DNA of 64,000 nt from Lama glama (Eukaryota): contig CM052817.1 in assembly GCA_028534125.1 (NCBI GenBank), positions 25,360,001-25,424,000 on the forward strand, read 5' to 3'. The notes under the pieces were generated by a model that made no database searches, was not told the DNA's origin, and worked only from the letters and a program-made list of their open reading frames with translations. The number at the start of each line of letters is the position of its first letter. The stretch's first letter is position 1. Positions 1-13,199 of this stretch are shown one piece after another. Both the position numbers and the translations under genes were made by a program.

Positions 1-737
1 ACTTAGGTTCTGATCAAAGTTATCGCTAACATGTAACAAAAACAGATGCAATTTTTCTTATAGCTCTTTGGTGTCTAGAATACAAATCCCCTCTCTTGTC
101 CCTGACCAGCTCTTCCATTCTCAGGAATACTTTCTACTTCTCCTTCTTCGTTCCTGGAATCCATGGTCATCACCAGACTTTGCAGAACTTTCTTCCTGAT
201 AAGTTACCCCCATCTGTCCATTCCTACATCCTCCCCACGAAGAATAGCGTCATGGGCCCCTCGAACGCCTGCCCTCCATGGAAGACAAACGCAACCATTC
301 CTTTAAGCTGGAAGACACCTTAGAGATCAACTGAAAAAAGAGGCCAGGAGACTTGCAGCGACTCTCATGACATCGCGGAGCTGTTCTGGTCGCAGAGCCA
401 GCATAAGACTCTTACTCTGTCATGTCCTGATGCCACCTCTACAAGTTCTTAATGTCTAGCCCAGGAGCAGCAGGTGCAATTGGCTTCCCCCAAGACAGTT
501 TTCAATAATTTCATGTACTAGTAAGTGAACGCTAGACCACTCTGAAAGGTCACTTTTAAATCCACCTGGTGTATTTACTTCCCTTGTGGAAATAATTTTA
601 ATGCTTCCTCGTCCTGACTAATCTGTATCCAGGCATGGATATGATTTTTGTGTTGGTATAATCAGTGCGTGTACTTTTCATGCTGCTTTTGTTTCATTTG
701 AACAGTCATGTGTAAACACTTGTCCAGCTTTCTAGAG

Positions 738-947
738 CACCACTGTCTAACCGAATTTTCTGTGATAATGAAAATGTCCAAAATCTGCACTTTGACAGAA
801 GCCACTAGCTGTATGTGGCTCTAAGCACTTGAAGTGGAGCTAGTGTAACTGAGGAACTGAATTTTTATCTTATTTCATTTTAATTCATTTAAATGCAAAT
901 TTAGATAGTCACTTATGGCCAGATGACTCCAGTATCAGTCAACACAG
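738..947. mobile_element. MER3-like hAT-Charlie DNA transposon (MITE)
   Basis: Matches recalled MER3 consensus (ctgtctaa..ttttctgtgataatgaaaatgt..gccactagc..gtggct..agcacttgaa..actgaggaactgaattttt). Flanked by 8-bp TSD-like ttctagag (730-737) / ttctaaag (948-955). Confidence 0.85.
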
Positions 948-3175
948 TTCTAAAGACTCGTCCTATGTCTTCCTTATAATGGGTATGTAATATTTCATTG
1001 TATTCCTGTCTTGGTTTATTTTATTGTTTCTCTGTCCTTGTTCATTCAAAATGCCTTTCTTTTTTTTTTTTTTTTTTGCAAATGCAGCAAATACAGCATT
1101 GTGTATGGTTATATGAACATTGCCTTAAAAATGGTTGCTCTTCTGGCATTTTTCTTCTTTTGATTTATTTGTTTCATTCAATCTTCTGCAAATAAAATTA
1201 CAGCTGGGTAGTGTTTTGACTGAGATATGCCTCAGAATCCCCAAAGAGCCCCCAACCCTCCCTTATCCTCCCATTACATACCCATGGGAGCAAGAACTCT
1301 GTCAAGAACCCAGGTCTTCCATCCCCAAATCCTCTGGTGGGGCCTCAATCTCACCCCTTTCTCCCAGCGCCTCCATCATCCCTCACTCATGCTTTAGGGC
1401 TCCTTTCCCACAAGCCAGCTTTATCCCTTTTTTTTTTTTTTAATCTTTAGGAACAAAGAAACAGGTCATTTTGATTTAAGGGATTAGCTGCTAATCCAGA
1501 CAAAATAGAAAGCACAGGGATGTTCCAAAAGTTCAGAGTCTGGGATGTATCCCACAGCCCCAGGCCCAAGTCCCCACTCCTGGCTGGGGAGTTGGTCGGG
1601 GGGCTGCAAACACAGTGGCACTAGTTTCCCTGAGCAGCCTCAGCTCATGACGACACTTGCTGTGTTTCTCGCAGCCTCACATGCCACAGTCGCCTCCGCA
1701 GAGAGGATGCTGGTGAAATGCAGCAGAAGGGATGTAAACCCAACCCCTCAATCAGGAAGGGTGGACAGACCACTCTCCAGAGAACCTTAATGATGAAAGC
1801 TGCAAAAGCTGAGCGATTCCACCATGATTCTCGGGTTGGACAATGTTAGAAATGAAGCCAGCACTATGGGGACCCAATATGGAAGTCTAAATCACGAGGC
1901 ACTGGGAAGAAAACACCTCAAGTAATGCTTAAGCAGAAAAGGAGGGATGGAGAAAAATAAGGAAATTTATCACTAGATCGTGTAAGATAACCAAGTTAAA
2001 GAGATGCTTTTAAAACTATGAGTGCACACAGGCATGAGTAAACAACATTAGGCAGACACCAAGAATACAAGGTAAGTGTCCTTCAGAACAAAGACAACTT
2101 GCTACAGTTATTGGTTCCTAGTGGACCAGTCAGAGCAAAGGTGGGGATTATTTCATGATTTCAGGGTTCTCAGGCTTATCCCCTCAGACAAATACCACAT
2201 GGGGATCCAGACTGAGTTAGCCCATGGAAGAGAGCAGAGCTTACAGAATGAAAGCCTTGATCAAACCAAACCTAAAGTCCATCCACCTCTAGAATATTCA
2301 GTTGCATGAAGTCTTTTCTCTCTGTGATTGGGGTTTACAGGCCTGTGGTTTTCTTAGTGTAAGGTTCCTGGATGTAGAGCTCCTGTAAAGAAATCCAACC
2401 TTACAGAGATGAACATTTGGAGGAAATCCTCTCTTTCATAATCTGTGAAAACTGAGCATTAATTCAGGAATAACAATATACCGGTAGCAGGAAGGGAGGG
2501 TATTGGAGAGCTCAGCCGTAGTCTGTCGCTTGATCAAGTCATTTGAACTTTGCTGGGCGTCAGCTTCCTTAGTTATAAAATAGGATGCTGGGAGAAGTAA
2601 GTAGTTTTTAAACTTAATTTTGACTAAACGAGTAATTTTAAACTGCATTTGACAACAGAAACCTTCTCCACCTTCTCCTCCTGAATTAGTTTCACAAGGA
2701 GTCCCAGTGGAGGGTGGAGGTAAAAGTGGAGGTGTTCTGGTTAAACTGGGGTCAGGGCTGGAGCCAGTCTACTCAGCTTCCTCCCATCCCTCCAAGGCAG
2801 CCCCGGAAGCACCTCCAGGGAAGCCCGAGGATCCTGGTGAGACAGTCTGAGACCCTGCGGACCAGAAGCTCCCCACGTCCCCTTCTCGCTTGGATTCTAG
2901 GAATAGTGAGATGCTAGATGTAGAGGTCATTTCCTCAAATTGTCCTCAGTCTTCCAGCATATGCATCCCCACCCCCATTTGACATTTTAGCTGTATAAAT
3001 ACATGCTTCAAAATATAAAGTTACCAAGTTAAAGAATATTTAACTCCAAAAGCATCCATTTGCCTTAGATGTCAGAAAATGTCTACTCAAATACCTGTCT
3101 CCAAAAGAATATTTTAAAAAATTAAATATAGCTCCTGATAACCAAAACTCAGGACTCTAAGATTCTGACACACAG

Positions 3176-3519
3176 TGTCTTAGTTCATTCCGGCTGCTAC
3201 AACAAAACACCGTAGACTGAGTGGCTTATGAACAACAGAAGTTTTATTCTTCACAGGAGGCTGTGAAGTCCGAGGCTGACAGTCCGGTGACAGTGAGCCT
3301 CCTAGCTCACAGACGGCTGTCCTGGCTATGTTCTCACGTGGTGGGAGGGGCAGGAGAGTTCTCTGGGGTCTCCTTTAGGGGGGCACTAATCCCATTCGTG
3401 AAGGTTCTGCCCTCATGACCCAATCACCCCCAAAGGTCACACCTCTTAATATCATCACCTTGTGGGGGTTAGGATTCAACATATGAACTTTAGGGGACAC
3501 AAACATTCAGATCATAGCA
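3176..3519 (-). mobile_element. MLT1A/MLT1A0 MaLR solo LTR
   Basis: tgtcttagttcattccggctgct...gggcactaatcccattcgtgaagg..gccctcatgacc..ggggacacaaacattcagatcatagca is the reverse complement of MLT1A. TG..CA ends and a perfect 5-bp TSD cacag (3171-3175 / 3520-3524). Confidence 0.92.
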
Positions 3520-4629
3520 CACAGAGTGGATCACACATCATTTGGGGATCTTTGAGATAACCGGTCCGGATCCTATAAAGGCACCCCACCAAGTCATCAG
3601 GGATCCAAGTGCTTTCCAGCTCTGCTCCCCATTTTTATTAGGGGGCCCCTTTTAATCCTTACATGAGTTGCTTTCTCATTGTTGCTCTGGAACTCATCTT
3701 CACATTCCAGGCAGGAAGGTGAAAGAAGAATGAAGTGTCCAAAAAAGTTTCTCCTTTAGAAAGGCTCTGCCTTTTAGATTAGGAATGGCAACCTCTCCAG
3801 GAACCAAAAATGCCACATGGCCATCTCTCATTGAAAGATGATCAGGGAGAAAGACAGTGGAAGGGGACTGGTCAGCTGACCAGCAGAGAGCCATGGAGCT
3901 GATGTACCTGGAGGCAAAAGAGGGGACTTCAGCCTCTAGGAGGTCTCTGCCTCTGTCAGAGGAGCCAGGGGATGGAGAAGAGGAAAGCTGGAGAGATGGG
4001 AAACAGTGCGTCTGCAGACCACGGGGCGCTTCCCCTACGGTTCTGAGTTGATCTCTGTGGGGGGCAGAAACAGATGAGGGAACCTTACTGCTCACTCCTG
4101 ACGTCTCCTTCAGGAGGAGGGACACTCCTTGGAACAACCTCAGTCTTCCTCTAGGAGGTGGAGCAAGTCTTGGTCCAGTCTATTGGCCAGTTCCTTCGTC
4201 CCACAGGTTTTACAAGGTCGGGCCCCGTATTGACCACCTATGGCCATTAGCATTGCCTCAGACTATGTGTGAAGCCTGCCGAGCTTGAGGGTTCAGTATT
4301 AAGAAGCCCAACACTGCCCTACACCTAAGCCGCGTCCTAACATAGCCTTTATCAGTAATAAGGATGATATTTTCATCATTGTCTGCTCTTCTCCCTTATT
4401 TTGTCTCTGAATTGGTTCTGAACTCAGCTGTGAAAAGAGGTGTTATTTATTGGCTAGGTGGTGTCTAGAATAGTGAGAGTTTAATAAGCATTTTGTCAAA
4501 TGAAAAAATGTTCGATCGTCGCTCCAGGACTTCTGTGATTACGTACATTTGTATTCCCAGAATAAGGATCAAAGTAGGTGGTAGGCATCTAAAGCCTCTG
4601 ACAAGTAAACAAGAGCACAGACTTATACC

Positions 4630-4702
4630 ACCATTAGTGCCACTAATGGGACGCCCAGCACAGTACCTGGAATTTTTTATTGAATGAATGAATGAATGAA
4701 TG
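4630..4702 (+). mobile_element. L2 3' end with (TGAA)n tail
   Basis: cccagcacagtacctgg...ttttttattgaatgaatgaatgaatgaatg, the typical L2 terminus. Confidence 0.7.
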
Positions 4703-5149
4703 CTTACAGTTTTACACAGTCCAGCTCGGATTTTGGCACAGTTTAAAGGAAAGAGTGAGTAAGTAGGAAACTTTTTCTCTCATGGCTTCTAGTCAATGGT
4801 TAAGCAGGAGGAAAAATAATTACAAAGAAAGCATGAAAGGATGCCTGTTAAATAGTCCTCAATAGCAGAACCCCTTCTCATATTAGTGTTAAAGGGAGAA
4901 CTAACCCCTGTGTAGCACACATATGATAATGTCAAGCTTTTGCTTTCTGTCATGTTAGATTTAGAGCTCTAATTTGCTTTATGAAATGTCTGAATGTATA
5001 GTAATAAGCAACATTTTCATGAAGTTCTTCTGAGTTGATTGTTTAAGACAATCTGAATATTTCTGGATACCAAAAAACATAAACTTCTAATATTCACACA
5101 AATTATGGGAAAGCAGTTGAAAATGTGACATCGGCAAAACCTGTGATTT

Positions 5150-5531
5150 ACACTATTCCCCATATTTATTCTTTCTTCTTCCTGAGTTTTGGCTGGACAC
5201 ATGGCTGCCCAGAATGGAGACTACGTTTCCTAGACTCCTCAAAGCTCCAAAGCAAAAGCATGAAATAGAACTGGTGTGTGTATTCCTATTTCCTAGAATT
5301 CAAGTGTGATGACTGGTGCTCTGGTAGCCATTTTGATCCATAAGGTGGTTTCAGGAATAGAAACCACACATTGGCAGAGCAATAAGATAAGCCTGAATCC
5401 TTAATAACTTTGAATGCCTTAGCAACTCTGTACTGACTCTCTCCACACCCCTTAAACACAAGGGAAATGCATAAACTAACCTGCTATCATTTTGAGTTTT
5501 TCTGTTACTTGTGTCTAATCCTAATGATACA
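5150..5531 (+). mobile_element. Old MaLR LTR (MLT1I/J-like)
   Basis: ggacacatggctgcccag..gactacgtttcctagactcc..gtgatgactggtgctctggtagccattttg..ttttctgttacttg..cctaatgataca. Confidence 0.7.
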
Positions 5532-5565
5532 TACGCAAGTCTTTATAGTCATGTTTCATTGAAAC

Positions 5566-5794
5566 AGGCTCCGGACTCACACAAATCTAGGTTTGGAGGC
5601 AGATGTACATTCATTAATTAATAGTTGTAATACTGAGTAAGTTACCCAATCTCTTTACCTCTTGAGAATCTCATTTGTAAAATAGGGAGAATAAAAGTAT
5701 ATACTTCTTATGTTAGGATTAAATGTAATAATGCCAGTAAAGCACTTGGTACAGTGTCTGGCACAATTAAACGCTAAACAAATGTTAGCTATTA
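5566..5794 (+). mobile_element. MIR SINE
   Basis: MIR core ctcatttgtaaaataggga..aggattaaatg..aaagcacttggtacagtgtctggcaca..aaatgttagctatta. Confidence 0.85.
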
Positions 5795-7054
5795 AAGCTG
5801 AGGTTTACGAAAATGAGAAAGAGTAACTACTATAATTAGCCAAATTGAATGTACTTTCAACCCTATCACTGGACATTTTATGATCTTTCTGGTATACCAT
5901 ATTTTTTAAAGTGTTGGATGATTTTTATATTTGTCCTAAGACATTTTAAATTTAACCTATGGGTCAGGTAGAATCCTGAGACAAAATAGCTAATATTTCT
6001 ACAACAGACACAATAGACATTTCTCCTGTAATATGTAACAGATTTTAAGAAGGGTTGGAAATAGGTAGCATTTTAAATGATATTAGGCTGTCCAGACTTA
6101 CTGCTAAAGCCCATGGAACTCTTTGTTACAGATGCTCTTAGCAAGTACACTTGATTCACTTGAATAGGACATCTGTTGCTTGGTGATGGGAAATGGTTGA
6201 ACTTAAACATAAAAGATTGAATGAAAATCCACATAATAGACAATTATCTTTGATTTTCAGGCTGATAAGGGCAGGAAATTCAGGTGGTTAGCAAAAGGAA
6301 GCATTGTGCCCCTGCTGGAGGAAAATCTCTAACTGCCAAATGATACACCATCATGTCAGATTCAAGATCTCCTGGGCTTTCTCTGTAAACAACAGAGAGG
6401 CATCTCCAAAAATAGCAGTGCTTGACAACACTCAAAACCAACTGAAAATATCATCACTCTGGAACAACTAAAAGAAACAAAGAAACCAGCAGACAGACAT
6501 GGATTCAGAAACCAAATTTATAGTTACATGTAGAATGTTTAAAGTATATTAAAAAAAGCTCAATAATTTATCATTATTCATATTCATAGTATTTTAATAA
6601 TAATAATTGACTAGGCATATTCTGAAAGTATCCACAAGGAAGAAATTCCAACTTAAATTAGGTTAACCTTCAAGTTGAAGCCCAGTTCTTGGACAAATGC
6701 ATCTCAGTCCTCAGGCATTAAATCCAGGACGTGAAATAGACACAAATTTATATCAGTCATGGTGGTTGCCTGGCCTCTACATAAAAGTAAGATTGTGATG
6801 ACCTGTTCTGTCTCTATAGGAAAGAATGCTGTGATCCAGTAGTGATTTCTCTTATGAGTGAGTACAGGACAGAGATGGTGGGTGTAGACATTGACTGTAT
6901 TTTATATCCTCCTAGTTGAGTACTGTGCTTCCAGTCCTAGCAGACCAGATGTCCCAGGTATCACAGCAAAGCATCTGTCTTCTTCCCCTGGGCCCGAGTT
7001 CTTATTTTGGCAACCTGCCTAGTCACACCCCTCTCTCTAGACTGGAGACACAGA

Positions 7055-7560
7055 GCATTCACTGTTTTCTAGTGATACAAACCCAACTCAAATTATCTGA
7101 AGCAGAAAACATAAGATGTATTGTCTCACTTAACTCTGGAGTCCAGGGATACAACTGGAGTCCAACACAAGATTCAGAAGTTTCATCATGTTGTCGGGGA
7201 TCTATCTCTCTCTCTTCCTGAAGAGAAGTTCTCTTAGACAGGCTTTCTATAGAGAAGGCAGGATGGCCACCAGTAGTGCAGCCTCACATCTCCCCACCTC
7301 AGTAACCACAGTGGAAGGTACCAATCTTTCCTGATGGCCCTTGAAAAAAAAAATCGCAGGCAGGATTCTGATTGTCTCTGATTCAGTTACATGGACATAC
7401 TAAAACCACTAAATCCAGGAGGGCTGTTAGCTCTGATCAGCTAGATTTGTCTTCAGTGTCCACCTAGGTAGCTGCTAGTCGGCACCAGGCTCTGTGAAGG
7501 AGAGTATCTAAGCACAGGTGGTTTCTGAGGGAAAAGTACCTGTGTACATTGGGGATTTGG
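7055..7560 (-). mobile_element. MaLR LTR (MLT1K-like)
   Basis: agtgatacaaacccaactcaaa..gtattgtctcacttaact..ggatggccaccagtag..gattctgattgtctctgattcagttacatg, reverse-strand MLT1K motifs. Confidence 0.7.
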
Positions 7561-8135
7561 AAATTACCTGAAAGTCATTGTGGTTACAGATCCTGAGAAA
7601 GTCTTCACCTACTGACGTGTACACATCCTATGGTTGGGCCATTTTAAAATCGGTTTAAATGATTCTGTTAATCAGCCAGGTTTTGCTGACTTCATTTGCT
7701 TGCTTAAGATACAAGAGGAGTTCTCATTTCATAGAGAGGTTTCACTCTCCTTTCAGGAAAGAAAATCTTCTTTCAGTTTACCAGAAAGAGAGAGAGATGT
7801 CTACTCTAAGGAACAAGATCTGGGAAAAGTACTGAAGCCGGGGAAGTGAGTCTGGCACTCACACTACTTTTGTGGAAGGGACACTTGCCAGTCTGGAGGA
7901 AAAGGCTGAGAGGATGTGTGCACTACTGATAGACTCTTAGGTACCAGGAGTTTAAAAAAAAATCAAAGAACAAGGTCAGCCCTGTTCTCTAATAAAATAT
8001 ATCTTCTCCTCCTACTTTGAGGCAGGACCCTAAAAGACTGCACCCTACGTGTAAAGGTAAACTAGAAGCAAATCAGCCCTCACACAGGCTGTATTTCAGT
8101 TTTATAATATCCAGAGGCTAAAAAAAATGCCAGTT

Positions 8136-8645
8136 AAATGACTGGGTAAAGAAGTTGTGGTATATTTATACAACGGAATTCTACTCAGTCATAAAAATAA
8201 TAAAGTAATGCCATTTACAGCAACATGAATGGACATGGAGATTGCCATTATAAGTGAAGTAAGACAGAAAGAGAAAGAAAAATACCATAAGAGGTCACTT
8301 GTATGTGGAATCTAAAATAAAAAGACAAACAAACTTATTTACAAAACAGAAACAGACTCACAGACATAGAAAACAAACTTATGGTTACCAGCGGGGAAAG
8401 GGAATGGGAAGGGATAAGCTGGGAGTTCCAGATTTGCAGATACCAACTAACATATATAAAATAGATAAACAACAAGTTCATACTGTATGCACAGGGAACT
8501 ATATTCAATATCTTGTAGTAACTTGTGGTGAAAAAGAATATGAAAATGAATATATGTATGTTCATGTATAAGTGAAGTGCTGTACACCAGAAATTGACAC
8601 AACATTGTAAACTGATTGTACTTCAATAAAAGTATGTATTTTTTA
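8136..8645 (+). mobile_element. 5'-truncated camelid/artiodactyl L1 (ORF2 C-terminus + 3' UTR)
   Basis: gactgggtaaagaagttgtggtatatttatacaa..aagtgaagtaagacagaaagagaaagaaaaatacc..tgtggaatctaa..ccagaaattgacacaacattgtaaactga..caataaaa. Inserted into an older LINE. Confidence 0.93.
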
Positions 8646-8649
8646 AACG

Positions 8650-10550
8650 TCAGTCAATGCACACTTGGATGAAGTTAATCCCAGACTGCTAATGTACTCA
8701 CATGATGCAAAAACAAACACAACCTGTCTCATGATAAAGATAATATCATCTCAGACCTCAAATTGTTTCTACAAGTTTTTAAAATAAGATGTTTAAGACA
8801 CAATCAAGAATAACTAGGCACACAAAAAAGAAAAGAACACCATAAGCAAGAACCAGCAGAAAAAACAAACAGAAACATACCCAGAGAAACTCTAGATTCT
8901 AACAGATGTGACATAGACTATAAAACAATGTTTACTGTGTTCAAAGAAATAAAAGGTTATTTTGGCAAGAATCTGTAAACCACAAAAATGATGCTGCCAA
9001 TTTGAAAAGCACTCAAATAGAAATTCTAGAACTAAAAATACAACGGCCAAAACTAAGAACTCAGGTTCTTAATTCAGGACAGTTTTAACAGCAGATTAGA
9101 CAAAGCAGTAAAGAACTAGTGAACCAAAGATAATATGAGAATAAAATGTCCAGAGTGTAGCATGGAGAAACAAAAGGTTGAAGATGGAAAAGAAAACATA
9201 AGACACAGAGGGAACAGTGAAAAATTGTAACAGATATCCGATTCTAGTCATGAAAGAACGGCCAATACAGTCCTGAACAGAATGAATAAAGGCGTATTAT
9301 ATCAAAACTGGAAATTTTTGGAACAAAAGATGAAAATTCCCAGAGCTGAAGAAAGTCACAAGTCTTCAAATTAAGAAGGCCCATCAATCATAATTTCTAA
9401 AAAATTCTATGTGTTCCTAAATGTTACCTCATCTTAAGGAACTGTACACACAATCTACTGTTTTCACTTACTTTCCTTCTATTCATAGTAATTACTTTGT
9501 TTATTCATTTGTTTATAGTCTTGTCTCTCTGTTCTCAAATGTATTCTCCATGTAGACAGAGACCATGTCTACCTCTTAAATAACTGCTACTGTTATTTCT
9601 AGAGAATATACATGCACTGACTGGCTTCAGGGCTGGACCTGGGGCAGAGGTGTAAGGAGGTGCTCTCTCAGGGTCATGCGTTACACCATGAAAATAAAGC
9701 CTGAAAGATTACAGAGAAGGGAAAAGTCACTTGTTTTAAACAACAGCAACAAGGGTAAATTTGATGGGCAATAGCCTTCTTATCAACAACCCTGGATGAT
9801 GAAAGATAACAGAGGAAATCTTCAAAATTTTCAGACAAAAGAATTTTTAATCTAAAATTGTATACCCCATCAGCCAGCATTCACATAGGAGGACAAAGTA
9901 TTTTCTTAAACATGAAAGTACACCAAAACTTTATCATGCTCAGCTCTATTCTGAATTACTTGAGAACACATTCCAGAAAAAAAAACAAACTTGTAAGAAA
10001 GAAAAAAAATGGTGCATGTTTAGAAAGATGGGTAATTAAGTGTAAATAGTTATGATACATAATGTAAATAAATGAGTGAAATCTGAAATTAAAAGCCCAA
10101 GTGATTTCCTTATGGTAGGAAGTGGAGAGAAGGGGGAAGTAAAAACTTCCTAAACATTTGTCTTACATTTGGAAAGGACACAGCTATGGTTTAACTCCAG
10201 CCATCGAGTGAATAATACATGTAAATAAGATTTTTAAGAATTATTAGCAGACTAGAGATAGTATATATAATTTCCAAAGCAAGAATAGAAAAAAAGAAAC
10301 AAAAAAATCAAGCCAACAAAAATTACATGTCAACATACATAAACATAAATCCATAAGGATTTTTTAAGCCTGATAGGACATGCACTAAAAATTCTATCTC
10401 TGGAGAGGGAAGAGCAATTGAGAGAGGGGAGGGGAATGTGGATGAAGGGAGATTTCAAATATTTAACCCTTTTTATATTTCTGATTTGATTTCTTAAATT
10501 AGAGTGTACTCATGTATTACGTATGTAATTTTTAAGCACCATAGGATTTT
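8650..10550 (+). mobile_element. Ancient L1ME/HAL1-type fragments (decayed ORF1 region and 3' end), interrupted
   Basis: A-rich decayed ORF1 motifs: caaatagaaattctagaactaaaaatac, ttaacagcagattagacaaagc, aacaaccctggatgatgaaagataacagaggaaatcttcaaaatt..ctaaaattgtataccc. Confidence 0.7.
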
Positions 10551-11283
10551 TTAAACCCAATAAAAATCTTAATGGGAATTATTTAGTTTTCTTTTTTCCC
10601 TCTTCTTTTCTTCCCCACCCCTTCTCTCTTCCTCTCTCTCCCTGCCCCCCACCTATCACTCTTTCTTTTTCTTTGTATTTAGTAAAATTATTCTCAAGAT
10701 CATTTGGAAAAATCATAGGAGAGCTTGAGAGAATGAGATATCACTTAGCACTTATTATGCATTTAATCTCAGTAAAGAGTAAAACAATTCTAATAATTAA
10801 TGACAGGTGAAATGATACTCCAGCATTGCTGGGGATGAGGAGGAAATCCACAAGTGAACAGAAGATGAATTTAAAAATGAATTTGCAATATATCAATGTC
10901 ATTTTAAAGATCATGTTTTTTTTTCACTGTAATTCCATGCTGTAGAACCTACCCTAAGGAAGTAAAATTAGTATGGAGACTAAATATTGAAACAGTCAAT
11001 ATGAAAGGGCTCCAAATGTAAAGTTTAGAAATTACAAATTACAGGATACATTTAAGGTCTGATATTATGTAAACACGAGTAATTACTATTGCAAGTAGTT
11101 TTTAATAAAATGGAAAATATTTAAGTTCTAATGTAGGTTTTCAAAAATCCACAAGACGCATAATTGTACATATATTGTTTGGCTATAATGCATTGAAAAA
11201 ACTGGGGGGTATTGAATCGAAGTGGCCACCTAAGTTCTCATAAGTATTTTTCCATTCCAACCAACATCTCTAAAAATGATAGA

Positions 11284-11341
11284 CTGACAAAGCATTGTAA
11301 ACTGACTATAACTCACTAAAATAAAATTTAAAAAATAAAAA
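11284..11341 (+). mobile_element. 58-bp L1 3'-terminal micro-insertion
   Basis: ctgacaaagcattgtaaactgactataactcac + A-rich tail, matching the L1 terminus at ~8595-8630. 13-bp TSD taaaaatgataga (11271-11283) / taaaaatgacaga (11342-11354). Confidence 0.85.
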
Positions 11342-11929
11342 TAAAAATGACAGAAAAGTGGGTTATTTGGGGTGGGTTGGGGATGGGAGGAGATAAAGGT
11401 AGGATCCATAGTAATGCTATAAAAAACATGCTATCAGATCAGAAATTTTAATTAATCCCTTGAAATAGAGAAAGTGGAGAAGACTAAATTGACAAAGCAA
11501 AGTACATTCAAAATCATGTTCAGAAGAGACAGGTGCACAAGTAGAAGAGGCCCCTGCTATGCTCCAAACACAGAGGGAACAGATTCAAGAAACAGGAGGT
11601 AGCTGTATGGCAGCCGGTGGGGAGGTTATAATAACCCAATCCTGGTTGCCAGATTGGTGAGTCCCTCTCCTCCACCAAACAGTGCCAAGAAGTAGATGGT
11701 GGGGTGTTTGCCTCAGGCTGGAACAGTGAGTGTGAGCCCTGGCAGGAGGAGTGAAGGAAATGCCTCAGGGGGTTGGCCACACCCAGAAGGAACAGGGAGC
11801 CCCTAAACTTGGGAGATGAGTGACTCGATTCTGCACCATGGCTCCGACTCACCCAAAACTGCTGGAGGTAGAAAGAAAGGACACTCATAAACAGGCAAAA
11901 ACAGATTTTTCTTTCTCTTTTGTTTTTCA

Positions 11930-12950
11930 CATAGGAACTTTTCAAACATACACAAATTAAAACGAATATCACAAACAACCAGTACTTACTTCGTGGCTTC
12001 AACAACTACCAGCACCCCATCACTCTTGTTTAGTCTGCCACCACCACCACTACCTTTAATTTTTTTCTGGAGTATTTTAAAGCAAATCCCAAATATTATA
12101 TCATTTCACTCATGATTCTTAGTGTGACTCTCTGGCACGTAGAGGAATTTTTAGAAATCAAATCCATGAAAACATTACAAGAAAAAAAAATGACAATAAT
12201 TTATTAACATCCTCTAACAGCCAGCTGTGTTAGATGATGTTTTCCAAGAATAATTGCAGCAACACTTCCCACCTCCTGCAAGGTGAGTTGCCATCCAGAT
12301 ACGAAGTCTACATCCCTTCTCTTGACTCAGTGCTGGCCTTAGTCACGGGAAGGACAGATGTGAGATGCTGTCTGAAGGCCAAGTTAGGGAGGAGGGTCTC
12401 CTCACTTCGACCTGGTCCTCTTGGAGCACTTACTCTACAGAGCTCCTCTCCAGATGGTCCCTCTCAGAATCCACCCACACAAGGGGCCACAGGTAGGTGT
12501 CCCACCAATATTCTCAGCTGAGCCTGGCCTTTCAAGTCTTCCCACTGAGGCTCCAGCCATCTCCACTGTGTCCTGACCCACAGAACCTATGAACATGAAA
12601 ACAGTTGTTGTTTCATGCCACCAAGAAGTAGGGAGGTTTGTCTCATATCAGAAAAGTGAGAAACACTGGTTCATATTCAATTTTCTCCCATTGTCTCAAA
12701 ATTTTACTTTATAGTTGATCTGTTTAAATTAGGATCCAAGCAAGGGTTGCACAATGCTTTTGGCTGTAATTTCTATTAAATATCTTTTAATCCACATGAA
12801 TTTCTCCTTTTTTTTTCATTTTTATGCCATATATTTGTAAAAAAACTGAGTCTTTTGTAGAATAACTCACATTCTGCTTTGGTTGATGGATCAATCAGCC
12901 AACCATTGTTTACTATGTTCCTTTCTGAGTCATATTTCCTGTAAAGTGAT
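11930..12950 (-). mobile_element. L1MC-like 3' end, split by an MLT1 LTR
   Basis: ttttcaaacatacacaaa..tattttaaagcaaatcccaaatattatatcatttcac..; resumes after 12665 with ttcatattcaattttc..aggatccaagcaagg. Confidence 0.7.
12226..12665 (+). mobile_element. MaLR LTR (MLT1G/H-like) nested in L1MC
   Basis: ccactgaggctccag..cctgacccacagaacctatgaac..ttgttgtttcatgccaccaag..gtttg..aaaca; TG..CA ends. Confidence 0.75.
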
Positions 12951-12962
12951 GGCTAGAACTAG

Positions 12963-13173
12963 CATGGTTGCCAAGCTTTTTCCATAAAGGATCTGATAAT
13001 CAATATTCTAGTCTTTGTGGGCTACTCAATGCCGCCATGGCGGCAAAAAAAAAAAAAAAAAGCAGCCACTAGTTATTTAAAGATGAATGAGTGTGTCTAT
13101 GTTCCAAAACAACTTTATTTTCAAAATAGGGAGCAGCCAAATTTGGTCCATGGGCCGTGGCATACAGGCCTTG
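12963..13173 (+). mobile_element. MER58A-like hAT MITE
   Basis: tttttccataaagga..aatattctagtctttgtgggc..aaagcagcca..atgaatgagtgtgtctatgttccaaaacaactttattt..gcagccaaatttggtccatgggccgt. Confidence 0.85.
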
Positions 13174-13199
13174 ATCTAGAAAAAAAAAAAAGATTATAG

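Noticed and set aside
2069..2077. Isolated consensus splice signals (donors at 2072, 29762, 42797; acceptors at 6260, 18506)
   Set aside because: No convincing partner site or coding frame; such motifs are expected by chance in 64 kb.
11369..11387. Canonical G-quadruplex motif (also the C-rich tract at 52374-52430)
   Set aside because: Common in mammalian DNA and without supporting context.
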